From a virus, in the IMG/VR virus record IMGVR_UViG_3300020055_000005, positions 64,001 to 128,000 of that record: a stretch of 64,000 bases of DNA, one strand, 5' to 3'. Below are positions 1 to 9,357 of this stretch, piece after piece. A model generated the notes under the pieces. That model saw only the letters and a list, made by a program, of their open reading frames with translations. It made no database searches and was not told where the DNA came from. The stretch's first letter is position 1. Each line of letters begins with the position of its first letter. The translations under genes were made by a program, and so were the position numbers.

Positions 1-141
1 AAATATTTGTGGGGTCACGTAAACAGTCGTATTCAAAGAGTAGACCCTGAACATTGGGACGTAGTGAGTATGTTACCACTACAAAGATTTAACGAAAATG
101 CAAACACAGTGTATGCAAACAGTAAGAGGTATTTTAACTAA
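1..141 (+). CDS. 2: 3' end of DNA end protector protein (T4 gp2-like), partial
   Basis: Frame 1 reads KYLWGHVNSRIQRVDPEHWDVVSMLPLQRF...YFN*, resembling the gp2 C-terminus; TAA 139-141 overlaps the next ATG. Confidence 0.7.
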   Translation, partial: KYLWGHVNSRIQRVDPEHWDVVSMLPLQRFNENANTVYANSKRYFN

Positions 142-935
142 TGGGATTATTCGACTTTAAAGACAATGCACTTGATCTAGATCAATTCAAATATCATTTC
201 GATAATGGTGCAAGACCCAATAGATTTGAGGTTGACTTTCATGCACAAAAATTAGGATTAAGTTGGGAAGGTCTAAGAGTAGAATCATGTTCGTTGCCAG
301 GCAGATCATTAGAAGCATCAGACTTCTCTGAGTACGGACAAATAAGAAAGATGCCATTTAATGTAAGTGATGGTGGAACCGTAGACTTTACATTCTTATG
401 CGACTCATCTTTTGCAGATAGATTCTTACTAGAGGCATGGCAAAGTGCAATCTACAGTGGTAAAACAGGAAACTTAACTGAAGATGGAAGTGAAGCAGGA
501 GAAAGTGGTGAAGATCAAGGCCCAACATTTGGGACTCAAGGAACAGCCGCAATCCCATACTTCTCTTACTATAATGATTACGTAGGAGAAGTCGATATCG
601 TACAATTAAGATTTAATGGAGAGTCAGCATTAAGATATAGACTCTTTGAAGCATACCCTATCGCATACGCACCCATGGAATTGAGTGCTCAAACTAGAGA
701 TGATGTTATGCGATTTACCGTCACAATGGCATATAGATTCTTCTCAACAGAATACGTTGCAGATAGAACTGCTGGCGGACTACTAAATAAAGGTAGAAAG
801 ATTTTAGACATCATACTTGATGGTGCAAAACTAGGTAGTAGATTTAACTCTAATGCAGGTAAATTCTACGAAAGACTATCAAATCTTGATGAAAAATTAA
901 GTAGGTTAGATAATCTATCACGTGGTGGATTATAA
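141..935 (+). CDS. 54: Baseplate tail-tube initiator (gp54-like, tail-tube fold)
   Basis: ARPNRFEV, SCSLPGR, EAYPIAY motifs; located between gp2 and gp26. Confidence 0.7.
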   Translation: MGLFDFKDNALDLDQFKYHFDNGARPNRFEVDFHAQKLGLSWEGLRVESCSLPGRSLEASDFSEYGQIRKMPFNVSDGGTVDFTFLCDSSFADRFLLEAWQSAIYSGKTGNLTEDGSEAGESGEDQGPTFGTQGTAAIPYFSYYNDYVGEVDIVQLRFNGESALRYRLFEAYPIAYAPMELSAQTRDDVMRFTVTMAYRFFSTEYVADRTAGGLLNKGRKILDIILDGAKLGSRFNSNAGKFYERLSNLDEKLSRLDNLSRGGL

Positions 936-963
936 TTACTTTTAATAATGAGGAAATAATATT

Positions 964-1671
964 ATGGCATTACCAATTCAGAATACGCCTAAACATATCT
1001 GCGTATTACCACACTCAGGAGAGGAAGTAGAATACAGACCTTTCTTGGTGAAGGAACAAAAGATACTTGTTTTAGCGAGAGAAAGTGAAAATAATGCAGA
1101 GATTTTCGGTGCAGTTAAAGAATTAATCGGAAACTGTACATTTGGAAAATTAAACGTTGATAAACTTGCATCTATCGACTTAGAATTTTTATTCTTGGCA
1201 ATACGTGCAAAGTCAGTTGGTGAAACTGCAGACGTGACAATTAGTTGTCAAGAAGAAGAGTGTGCAGGTTCAGGACAAGCAACAGTAGGACTAAACGATG
1301 TAGAAGTCGTTGGGTCAGTACCTGAAGATAATAAAATCATGTTAAATGATACTACAGGTGTGACACTTAAAATGCCTACGGTTGCAGATATGAATAAGTA
1401 TTCAGAAGTCCAAGACCAAGCTGACCAAGGACTTGCAATTTTAAAAACATGTCTTGACACAATTTTTGACCAAGAAAATGTTTATGAAGTTGCAGACACT
1501 GACCCTGAAGAGTTAGATGAGTTTATCGAAAGTTTAACACTGGGTCAAGTCGAAACAATCGGAAGATGGTTTGAAGACTTACCTAGATTACAGAAAGATG
1601 TACACTACCAGTGTGGTTTGTGTAATAAAGAACAGAGTAGGACACTCGTAGGACTACAAAGTTTTTTTTAA
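964..1671 (+). CDS. 26: Baseplate hub assembly protein gp26
   Basis: MALP, YRPFLVKEQKILV, DLEFLFLAIRAKSVGE, CxxC, C-terminal GLQSFF; SD GAGG. Confidence 0.9.
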   Translation: MALPIQNTPKHICVLPHSGEEVEYRPFLVKEQKILVLARESENNAEIFGAVKELIGNCTFGKLNVDKLASIDLEFLFLAIRAKSVGETADVTISCQEEECAGSGQATVGLNDVEVVGSVPEDNKIMLNDTTGVTLKMPTVADMNKYSEVQDQADQGLAILKTCLDTIFDQENVYEVADTDPEELDEFIESLTLGQVETIGRWFEDLPRLQKDVHYQCGLCNKEQSRTLVGLQSFF

Positions 1672-1856
1672 TAGCTCTTTCTCATGAAACTTTGGTCAAT
1701 TATTATGAGACCAATTTTCAGATGATGCAACATCATAAGTACAGTCTTACAGAGTTGGACAATATGATGCCATGGGAAAGAGAGGTCTACATTAGACTCT
1801 TGATGAACTATCTTGAAGAAGAGAAGTTGAGACAAGAGAATTCTCGTAGAAGGTAA
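1671..1856 (+). CDS. 51: Baseplate hub assembly catalyst gp51 (not in ORF track; probably reached by -1 frameshift from gp26)
   Basis: Translates IALSHETLVNYYETNFQMMQHHKYSLTELDNMMPWEREVYIRLL; first ATG (1722) lies inside the conserved region. Confidence 0.85.
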   Translation: MALSHETLVNYYETNFQMMQHHKYSLTELDNMMPWEREVYIRLLMNYLEEEKLRQENSRRR

Positions 1857-1905
1857 ATTTTTATTATGTGTACGTGAGAAGTTTAATTAAAATTGAGGAC
1901 ACATA

Positions 1906-2298
1906 ATGGCAAAAGAAACAATAGAAGTTGGACGAAATGAAGTCGACATTGATCTAGACAAGTACACTAATCTAGTGTTAAAACTGGATGAGGCACAAGA
2001 CAAGATCAAAGAGATGGAAAGAATGTCCAAAGAACTAAAGATCGCAGCCGCTGGTGCGAAACCACAAGAAAAGTTTACTTTTAGTGCATTGTTTATGGAT
2101 GATAACACTATCAATGAAAAATCAATCATTGGTTTTGCATCTTTCTTAATGATGCTTGCATTTGGTATCGTAGACCTAGTGACTGGATTTTGGGGTCAGG
2201 ACATTACTATATCTGACACTATCTACACTTCATTTGTAGTAGTAACCCTAGGTTCATTTGGTATTGCAGAAGCTGGTAAAGCATTCGGAAAACAGTAG
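1906..2298 (+). CDS. Membrane protein, N-terminal coiled coil plus two TM helices (holin-like)
   Basis: SD GAGG; hydrophobic segments IIGFASFLMMLAFGIV and IYTSFVVVTLGSFGIA. Confidence 0.55.
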   Translation: MAKETIEVGRNEVDIDLDKYTNLVLKLDEAQDKIKEMERMSKELKIAAAGAKPQEKFTFSALFMDDNTINEKSIIGFASFLMMLAFGIVDLVTGFWGQDITISDTIYTSFVVVTLGSFGIAEAGKAFGKQ

Positions 2299-2308
2299 GA
2301 ACAAATAA

Positions 2309-4405
2309 ATGGCAGACGACAAACGACTAGAAGATTTAGTAATAGACCCTATTAAATCCTTAAAAAGAGTAGTTGGGGATTTTGCAGGCACTTTCAAAAG
2401 TGCAACTGACCCAGTCGTCATGGCACAAAAAAGATTAACTGGATTTCAAGATCAACTTGCAAGTCTAAGTAATCAATACAAGTCACAACAAGCAGAGAAT
2501 GCACAAGCGCATCAAGAGATGTTAGCAAGTATGAATCTCTCTACCCAAGAACGTGCAGATGTAGAACGGAAGTATCAAGAATCAGTTCAAGAAGCAAGAG
2601 AATTGCAAGATAAGAATGTAAAATATTTGGAAGACATTATTAAGTCTGAAGAAGAGATTGTTAATAACTTTAAAGAACTTGCAACAGAATCAGGTGGTCT
2701 TAGTCGTTTATCTGCAGGTGCAAATAAACTTAATGATGGTATCAAAGGATTATCTTTTGGTTTAGTCGACCTTGGTTCTAATACAGGTAAACTCACTGGA
2801 TTCTTCCAAGGTTTACAAGATGCAGCTTCAGGTTTAACTACAATCGTTTTTGGTGCAGTTGAAGCATTAACTGCACTAGTCGGTCTTGGAATATTAAAAG
2901 AAGACACTGTTGATAAAATCAAAGATGGTATCTCAGGATTCTTCAGTAACTTTAGTAATATGGGAGAAGGATTCCGTGAAAAAGGACAGGGATTCTTAGA
3001 TGGTCTTTTCGGTAAAAAGAAAATTGATAAAGGTGGAAGAGTTAGAGATAAAAAAGGTTTTGCAAAAGGTGACAAAGAAGGTGTTGGTGCAGGTGCAAGT
3101 GTATTTACTGCGTTAACAAATCCAATGGAAGGGTTTAAGAAATCCTTCTTGGGTATATTTGGTAAAAAAGGTATCTTTTCAAAAATATTTACAACACTTA
3201 AAGCTGCTGGTGCCGCATTCCTAGTCGGTGCAAAACGTTTACTTATGGCTGCACTTACATTCGCAGCTTCGACACTCATTACACTTGGTGGTATGTTACT
3301 CGCTGCTACACCATTCATCCTAATCGGTATCGCAGCCGCAGCTCTTGTTGTACTCGCATATCAAGTATTAAAGAAATTTGATGAACAGTTCCCTTGGTTC
3401 TTTGATACACTTGCATGGTTCTTTGGTAAGATATACGAGTTCGGTAAAGTTATTGTAGGTAGTATATGGGGAGGACTTGAGTCAACCTTTAACTTTATTA
3501 CTTCACTCTTTGAGTTTGATGAGGATACTAATTTATTCAAACGATTGATAGACATTGTAATGTTACCTCTCAACATGGCGATTAATTTCATATTAGGAAT
3601 CTTTGGATGGGATGACCCTGATGAACCATTTACATTTACTGGGTTTCTATGGAAAATAGTAACAGGTGCATGGGATTGGATTAAGAGTATCTTTGGATTT
3701 GCAAAAGAAGGAATGGAAGAGAGTGGTGGTCTCATGTCATGGTTAGGTGGTATCGCTGGACGTGTATGGGATTGGGTTAAGAGTAAGTTTGGATTCGCAA
3801 GAGAAAAGATGATTGAGAATTCAGAAGGATTTATGTCATGGTTAAGTGGTATTGGTTCACGTGCATGGGATTGGATTAAGAGTAAGTTCGGTTTTGATAA
3901 AGAGAAGATGCAGGCAAATGCCGAGAAAATGAATGAAATGGTTCAGGCTGCATGGAACAAAGTTCAAGAGTGGTGGGGAAGTATGACCGACAAACTCAAA
4001 AATGCATGGAGTGACACTAAAGAATGGTTCGGTGACAAGTGGGATGCTGCAAAAGAATGGGGTTCAGACTTATTAGATGGAAAAGAAAAAGGTGGCCCAG
4101 TATCTGCAAACACACCTTACATGGTTGGTGAAGCAGGCCCTGAAGTGTTTCAACCGTCTACAGGTGGACGAATTATTCCAAACGATTCATTAGGATTTAC
4201 ATCTGCATCGAATGTTGCATCAGCATTAGCAGATATGATAAGTGTGAGAGATTCTAATGCAAGTGGTGGTGGGACTAATGCAGTTTCCCAAGTGTTGAGT
4301 ATGGATAATACAAGTAATCAATCTTATAATTTTACATCAGGAAATAAGACTACAAGTAATGACGATGCTATACTACAAAAAACTGCAATGATTCAGTATA
4401 GTTAA
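2309..4405 (+). CDS. Tape measure / baseplate hub (gp29-like) protein
   Basis: Coiled coil, hydrophobic middle, Trp-rich AWDWIKSKFGF repeats, GGPVSANTPYMVGEAGPEVF motif; follows gp26/gp51. Confidence 0.75.
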   Translation: MADDKRLEDLVIDPIKSLKRVVGDFAGTFKSATDPVVMAQKRLTGFQDQLASLSNQYKSQQAENAQAHQEMLASMNLSTQERADVERKYQESVQEARELQDKNVKYLEDIIKSEEEIVNNFKELATESGGLSRLSAGANKLNDGIKGLSFGLVDLGSNTGKLTGFFQGLQDAASGLTTIVFGAVEALTALVGLGILKEDTVDKIKDGISGFFSNFSNMGEGFREKGQGFLDGLFGKKKIDKGGRVRDKKGFAKGDKEGVGAGASVFTALTNPMEGFKKSFLGIFGKKGIFSKIFTTLKAAGAAFLVGAKRLLMAALTFAASTLITLGGMLLAATPFILIGIAAAALVVLAYQVLKKFDEQFPWFFDTLAWFFGKIYEFGKVIVGSIWGGLESTFNFITSLFEFDEDTNLFKRLIDIVMLPLNMAINFILGIFGWDDPDEPFTFTGFLWKIVTGAWDWIKSIFGFAKEGMEESGGLMSWLGGIAGRVWDWVKSKFGFAREKMIENSEGFMSWLSGIGSRAWDWIKSKFGFDKEKMQANAEKMNEMVQAAWNKVQEWWGSMTDKLKNAWSDTKEWFGDKWDAAKEWGSDLLDGKEKGGPVSANTPYMVGEAGPEVFQPSTGGRIIPNDSLGFTSASNVASALADMISVRDSNASGGGTNAVSQVLSMDNTSNQSYNFTSGNKTTSNDDAILQKTAMIQYS

Positions 4406-4629
4406 TTACCATCCCAATTCAAATCAGTTAATTCACGTTGTTTATCTTTAAAGTCCTTGCGACTATATTTGGACTTGTCTCTGTGAACTTGAGTTTTACC
4501 ATGCTCAGGGGTTTCCTTTCTAACTTTAACATCAACCTTTTTGCCAAAGATTTTATCAAAGTTATCCCTATAAGCTTCTTCGTTTGAATTCCGTCTCTTA
4601 GAACCTTTACCGCCGTGCCAGTTAGACAT
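4402..4629 (-). CDS. Small basic hypothetical phage protein
   Basis: MSNWHGGKGS...YRDNFDKIFGKK; directly downstream of bS21. Confidence 0.7.
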   Translation of the reverse strand: MSNWHGGKGSKRRNSNEEAYRDNFDKIFGKKVDVKVRKETPEHGKTQVHRDKSKYSRKDFKDKQRELTDLNWDGN

Positions 4630-4631
4630 GA

Positions 4632-4865
4632 TTAAATCCTTCTGTAACCTTTCTGTTCTGCTCTCTTAGCGTCTAGTTTCTTTCTACGTTTGATTTGTTG
4701 ATTTCTTTCGTTACGTTTTTCGTTAGGTTTAATATAATATTCCCTAGAACGAACTTCCTGTACTATTCCTGCACGATCACAGGCTTTCTTGAATCTACGT
4801 AACATCCTGTCGAAGGGCTCAACATTTTTTGATTTCGGATGTTTTTTTGGACTTACACTTGGCAT
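4632..4865 (-). CDS. rpsU: 30S ribosomal protein bS21
   Basis: [32 protein letters not shown] matches the bS21 signature. Confidence 0.92.
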   Translation of the reverse strand: MPSVSPKKHPKSKNVEPFDRMLRRFKKACDRAGIVQEVRSREYYIKPNEKRNERNQQIKRRKKLDAKRAEQKGYRRI

Positions 4866-4871
4866 AGTTAT

Positions 4872-4901
4872 ATTATATAAAAAAAGTTCCTACTTTGTCT
4901 A
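4872..4901 (-). promoter_or_regulatory. Sigma70-like promoter of bS21 (leaderless)
   Basis: TAGACA-18nt-TATAAT, then 6 nt, then ATG; no SD. Confidence 0.65.
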
Positions 4902-4911
4902 GGTGGTTTTT

Positions 4912-5078
4912 AAAAAAAGTGTGTATTCGCCCCTCGCCTTACAGCAACCCGCTATACACCGATGAATCCGCTGTTACACCATTCACCTTTCCCTTACTGA
5001 GTACCCCCATTTTTATCCACGGTCTCAGTGAGTATGGAAGACTATCACGGACACTCATAATATTATCTTCCATCCCCT
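4912..5078 (-). ncRNA. Candidate structured RNA between gp32 and bS21
   Basis: GC-richer intergenic stretch with four stems, a possible pseudoknot and a terminal U-run. Confidence 0.5.
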
Positions 5079-5088
5079 AAGTCAAGAC

Positions 5089-6000
5089 TTACGATTCAGT
5101 CGCAAGTCTCTTGAAGTAATCCATCGCATCATCACCTTCTTCGACACTATTACTTGAAGTTGAATCTGCTGATGAGATTACAGGTTCATCTGCAGTACCT
5201 TCTGTGTTAACATTAGACCAAGGCACTTCGTCAAGGTCTTCTGCAACTGATTCTGCAGTTGATGTTGTGGTTACTCCACCTGAGAGACCTAACACTCTGT
5301 CAAGTTTCTCTTTGAGTTCTTCATAAGATTTGAACTCGTTAGGTGCAATAATCTCAGACAATGAATTAACTGAAGTATATATGTCGTTCAGTTGATTTTC
5401 ATCATCAAAAAGTGGTGCAGGTGTCTCGAACTCTGACTTATCATAGTTCCAGTAACCATCTACTTTTCTGATTTTGATTTTGAAGTTTGCACCTTCTCCT
5501 CTCAAGTCAAAAGGATTGATTGCAGCCTCGTCCTCAAATGCAGGACTGATTGCCTCTTTCAACTGTTCAAAGATTTTTTTCCCATAACGATAAAGGAAGA
5601 CTTTACCTTCGTTGTCAGGATTTTTAGGGTCTGAAACAACATAGATGTTAGACACATAGTGTAAACGTCTTTTCTGTTTACGTGCCTGTTCTTTGTTTGC
5701 TTCGATTCCAGTGTTCCACAACTGAGTGTTGTATTCACTGACAGGGTCTTGTTTACCAAGAGTCGTTAAAGACTTCTCGATATACCATCCACCTGGCCCT
5801 TGAAATCCGTGATCCCAGTATGAGACCCAAGGCATTTCTTCTCCTTCAGGGGTAGGTAAGAAACGAATGATTGCGAAACCATTACCTGATTTATCAAGTT
5901 CAGGTTTCCAAAATCTATCGTCGGAATAGGACTTTTTTTCTCCTCCTGTTTGGGGAGTAGCGGATTCCATAGCCGCTCTGAGTTTTTCTAAAGATGACAT
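5089..6000 (-). CDS. 32: Single-stranded DNA-binding protein gp32
   Basis: DDRFWKPELDKSGNGFAIIRFLP, GPGGWYIE, GANFKIKIRKVDGYWNYDKSEF, acidic tail. Confidence 0.97.
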   Translation of the reverse strand: MSSLEKLRAAMESATPQTGGEKKSYSDDRFWKPELDKSGNGFAIIRFLPTPEGEEMPWVSYWDHGFQGPGGWYIEKSLTTLGKQDPVSEYNTQLWNTGIEANKEQARKQKRRLHYVSNIYVVSDPKNPDNEGKVFLYRYGKKIFEQLKEAISPAFEDEAAINPFDLRGEGANFKIKIRKVDGYWNYDKSEFETPAPLFDDENQLNDIYTSVNSLSEIIAPNEFKSYEELKEKLDRVLGLSGGVTTTSTAESVAEDLDEVPWSNVNTEGTADEPVISSADSTSSNSVEEGDDAMDYFKRLATES

Positions 6001-6030
6001 TGTATTCTCCTATTGTATTAGCATTGTATT
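5999..6030 (-). promoter_or_regulatory. Three AATACAAT repeats in the gp32 translation-initiation region (putative autogenous operator)
   Basis: Copies at 5999-6006, 6012-6019 and 6023-6030 flank the SD AGGAG. Confidence 0.55.
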
Positions 6031-6053
6031 GCATCTTATCTATTATATTAAGA

Positions 6054-6764
6054 CTAAAGATCAAACCCTTGACCTAAAGTCCACGTATCACTACTTTCAT
6101 AGTAATTAAGTTTATTATACTCTACCAGTTCTAACTTGTCTAGGGAGTTTTTGAAATAAACCTTAGATTCGTTATACTCCTTTAAGAGTGCAATAAACTG
6201 AGAACGTTGTGCATCAAACACTCTATCCTCTAGTGTATATTTAGTCTGATAAAATTCCTGACCTTCATATACATTCGACACATCACCATATTGTAATGCA
6301 TCAAAACCTAACAGTGTAATCTCTTCTCTTCCCTGTTCCATTGCATATCCTAATGCACTCATTCCAGTAAAAAGGTTCTTGAGATTTAAAAAATTATATA
6401 TAACTATGTTATCCTGATAACTGCTGCTATAGCCCAATAAATCAGTTTCGTATTCATTCCCCATAACCACAAATCTGTCGTGTTCGATTTCGTCGACGTG
6501 GTCGTTTATTTTCTGTTGTCCTACACCCAGTCCTAACTTCAATCCATGGAAGTATTCAATCTCTAATGGTTCCCATCCTCCGACTGCGACTTTGTGTTCT
6601 TTATAGTATTGTTTATTAAATATGTCTACCTGTTGAGGAATGTCCATACAGAACAATATATCAGGTATCGAATCTTTAAAGATTTGATTACAACCCCACC
6701 ATTCTTCCAGTGAGTCTAAATCATATTTTAATCTACTAGGGCCATTACCAACTATTGTGAGCAT
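6054..6764 (-). CDS. Hypothetical protein, MptE/sialyltransferase-like Rossmannoid fold
   Basis: IVGNGPSR, WGCN, ITLLGFD motifs. Confidence 0.5.
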   Translation of the reverse strand: MLTIVGNGPSRLKYDLDSLEEWWGCNQIFKDSIPDILFCMDIPQQVDIFNKQYYKEHKVAVGGWEPLEIEYFHGLKLGLGVGQQKINDHVDEIEHDRFVVMGNEYETDLLGYSSSYQDNIVIYNFLNLKNLFTGMSALGYAMEQGREEITLLGFDALQYGDVSNVYEGQEFYQTKYTLEDRVFDAQRSQFIALLKEYNESKVYFKNSLDKLELVEYNKLNYYESSDTWTLGQGFDL

Positions 6765-7345
6765 AATTCAATTAGTTTCCTCTTGTACTTATCGTGATCG
6801 AATTGTACAAATGATCTATACTTATTAATCTTAATTGATATTTCAGGATAGACAACGGTCTCTGATATAAGTCTGTCCCAGTCTTTTGTGAATTCAATAA
6901 TCTCATCCATAATACAAAGTGTCTCTAAACTTATTTCCTTTCGCATGTATGCTTTAAGTAAACGAGGATGTTGACCGTTTGTAACTTTCAGTAGTGTATC
7001 TATTTTAAACTTTCTCAATTGATCTGACACTTCAGTTTCAAATAGGTAGAAGAGTTTTTGATTTCTTTTCTTCCAGTCCTTATACACTCTATCTGCATCT
7101 TCATTTAGAAGATCACCTGCCCATTGATCTTTAATGGACAAGTTTGCAATATAAAAATCTTGCAGTTCGTTCTTATACGTTTTAAACAATTTACCAAAGT
7201 GGTATTTGTCTTTACGTTTGAGAAAGGATTTGATGTCTGCTTTTACTTTACCGTTGTACTTAATAAAGTTATAATCCTTGGAAGTGAAGTGTAACTTAAT
7301 CCCAAGGTATAACGTATATGCATCATATCCTTCTCGACTCGTCAT
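6752..7345 (-). CDS. 59: Helicase loader gp59
   Basis: YLGIKLHFT..YNFIKYNGK, KRKDKYHF, ISLETLCI; adjacent to gp32/gp33. Confidence 0.9.
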   Translation of the reverse strand: MTSREGYDAYTLYLGIKLHFTSKDYNFIKYNGKVKADIKSFLKRKDKYHFGKLFKTYKNELQDFYIANLSIKDQWAGDLLNEDADRVYKDWKKRNQKLFYLFETEVSDQLRKFKIDTLLKVTNGQHPRLLKAYMRKEISLETLCIMDEIIEFTKDWDRLISETVVYPEISIKINKYRSFVQFDHDKYKRKLIELCSQ

Positions 7346-7629
7346 TACGTAACGATCTTAGAATCTGCCTTGACGATTGAACTAGTTGCAGTTGCATGTG
7401 CATCTGTCACTTTATCATTTGATTTTGCAATAAACACATACGACCCAAAAGTCATACTGTCAGGATTCTCTTCTCCTGTTACTGCAACACCACGTGCAAA
7501 TCCCATACCACCATCTGCAGCCTGAACTACCATTCGTGGTTTATTAAGTGTCAGGGGTTCAAGTGTCTCAAGTACACCTACGTACTCTCCACTTGTTGCG
7601 ACGACACTTACTACATCACCTTTTTCCAT
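7345..7629 (-). CDS. Hypothetical small beta-barrel (Sm-like) protein
   Basis: GDVVSVVATSGEYVG...LNKPRMV pattern. Confidence 0.55.
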   Translation of the reverse strand: MEKGDVVSVVATSGEYVGVLETLEPLTLNKPRMVVQAADGGMGFARGVAVTGEENPDSMTFGSYVFIAKSNDKVTDAHATATSSIVKADSKIVT

Positions 7630-7638
7630 AATATACTC

Positions 7639-7875
7639 CTAATTATTAAAGAATGAAGTAATGGTTCCTGTTGAACCATTACCTCTGTTAATTAATTTTA
7701 AACCTTGTGCTTCTGCTTCCAACTTCTCTTTGAGGGGGTCAGATAGTAATCTCTTAGTACCCTCAGGTTCGATGTTATTCATTTCACATACTTTAACGAT
7801 TGCATCCATAACACCTGCTTTACCACCTCTAATAAGTTTTTCCACTTGTTCAGTAAATTCCTTTTTACTTATCAT
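7639..7875 (-). CDS. 33: Late-promoter transcriptional co-activator gp33
   Basis: FTEQVE, MDAIVKVCEMNNIE, LKEKLEAEAQGL. Confidence 0.85.
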   Translation of the reverse strand: MISKKEFTEQVEKLIRGGKAGVMDAIVKVCEMNNIEPEGTKRLLSDPLKEKLEAEAQGLKLINRGNGSTGTITSFFNN

Positions 7876-8213
7876 ATCAAAGGAGCTCCTTCAACTTCAC
7901 CATAATCAAAGTTCTCTATCCAATCTTGCATTACTCTATAATATGCATAGTATGTTGGACTATGTCCATTCATATCCATACCTTGTCCATCTTCTGAATA
8001 AGGTGTTTCTAAGTAATCAATAAGTGCTTGACATTCGTCTAAGTGGACTTCAGTGAGTTCGTCTTCACTTCCTATTTCAAGATACTCTAACATATTGTCA
8101 TATGCACTATCGTATGCTTGTTGGTGAATCCAATCATCACCCTTGTTAATAATTTTACTCCAGTTCCAATCTTGTTTTAGAGTAAACTTTTCTTCATCAT
8201 AAAAATTTGCCAT
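7872..8213 (-). CDS. Acidic hypothetical protein
   Basis: ORF coupled to neighbours. Confidence 0.7.
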   Translation of the reverse strand: MANFYDEEKFTLKQDWNWSKIINKGDDWIHQQAYDSAYDNMLEYLEIGSEDELTEVHLDECQALIDYLETPYSEDGQGMDMNGHSPTYYAYYRVMQDWIENFDYGEVEGAPLI

Positions 8214-8214
8214 A

Positions 8215-8670
8215 TTAAAACCTCAAGTTATATCTGTTATCAGGGTCGACAGGGTCTACTTGTAATGGTAAACCAAAGAAGTGTTCTGCATCCCACGAAT
8301 CATAGTTGTTATCCCAAAACCAGTCGTGTCCTTCTTCACTGACACCTTCTAGAATTGCATCTTCATCTGCTTCACTTCCTTCTGCAAGGTGAACATAAAC
8401 ATCACGTCCACACTCATCAAATGATTCTACGAATTCGTTTTCAGAAAACTCATCAGGTTCCATATCACCTTGTGCATCTTCTGACATATATTTTTCTAAC
8501 AGCTCTTTATCATCTTCGTCTAATACCTTAATGATATAAGCACCACTTCTCCAAAGACATTCAATGACAACTCTATCTTCACTATCGTTATCTTTGAACA
8601 CTTCACGTTCTACATACGACTTTTTAAATTTCGGATAAATCGTATATTCTTTTCCGACTTCAATTTCCAT
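8215..8670 (-). CDS. Acidic hypothetical protein
   Basis: Likely start MEIEVGKEY after SD GGAG. Confidence 0.7.
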   Translation of the reverse strand: MEIEVGKEYTIYPKFKKSYVEREVFKDNDSEDRVVIECLWRSGAYIIKVLDEDDKELLEKYMSEDAQGDMEPDEFSENEFVESFDECGRDVYVHLAEGSEADEDAILEGVSEEGHDWFWDNNYDSWDAEHFFGLPLQVDPVDPDNRYNLRF

Positions 8671-8671
8671 A

Positions 8672-9346
8672 CTATACTCCGTATAAATTTTCATATTGTT
8701 TACGTAGTTGAAGTACATCATCTACATAATCAATAGGATTACAAAAAAACATTTGAAAGTTACCATCAGGTAAACAGACTAATGCCATACATTCTTCAAT
8801 AGGAACTCCTGTAAGCTCCTCAACCATCAGAGAGTATGCAGTCATTTGAACAAACCAAGGTTTTGCATATTCTTCTTTCTTATACTTCTCTGATGTTTTG
8901 AAATCGATTACTGTTAGTGTTCCCTCAAACATTCCTATGCAGTCAACACGTCCTGCCATCTTTAGGTGTGATGAGTATAGTGGTGCTTCAAGTGCAAGTG
9001 GAATGATACCATCTAACACTGGTTTAACACCTTTGAACATTGCCTCTTCTAAGACATTCTTAAACTCAATGTAAGGTTTTTCCTTTCTTAAATAGTCTTC
9101 GATGTGTTGGTGAATACGTGTTCCACGTGACGTTGCTTTCTTCGATACACGATTCGCCTCTTCTTCTCCTACTCGTTCTCTCCATAACTTGATTTGATCT
9201 CTAGTTAAAAGACTGGTGACAGTTGTGACACTAGGATATTTGTTTCCCTGAGTGTCGACATAAAATCGTTTACCATCTACCTGTTCTGTTTTAAGGTCTA
9301 GTCTTTCTAAGTCAGTTATCTCAAGTGTTGATGTTCTAATTTCCAT
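8672..9346 (-). CDS. PD-(D/E)XK (Cas4-like) exonuclease
   Basis: YPSVTTV, RGTRIH, AGRVDCIG, IDFKTS, QMTAY. Confidence 0.9.
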   Translation of the reverse strand: MEIRTSTLEITDLERLDLKTEQVDGKRFYVDTQGNKYPSVTTVTSLLTRDQIKLWRERVGEEEANRVSKKATSRGTRIHQHIEDYLRKEKPYIEFKNVLEEAMFKGVKPVLDGIIPLALEAPLYSSHLKMAGRVDCIGMFEGTLTVIDFKTSEKYKKEEYAKPWFVQMTAYSLMVEELTGVPIEECMALVCLPDGNFQMFFCNPIDYVDDVLQLRKQYENLYGV

Positions 9347-9357
9347 AATTTATTATA

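Noticed and set aside
2587-3735. Long antisense ORFs inside the tape measure gene (and similar + strand ORFs opposite - strand genes)
   Set aside because: Shadows of codon bias; no SD or motifs
3640-4075. Repeated GCATGGGATTGG-type sequences as a possible CRISPR/DGR
   Set aside because: In-frame coding repeats (AWDWIKSKFGF) of the tape measure; no spacers, RT or cas genes
4895-5080. 61-aa + strand ORF
   Set aside because: TTG start, opposite to local transcription, and coincides with a structured RNA and promoter
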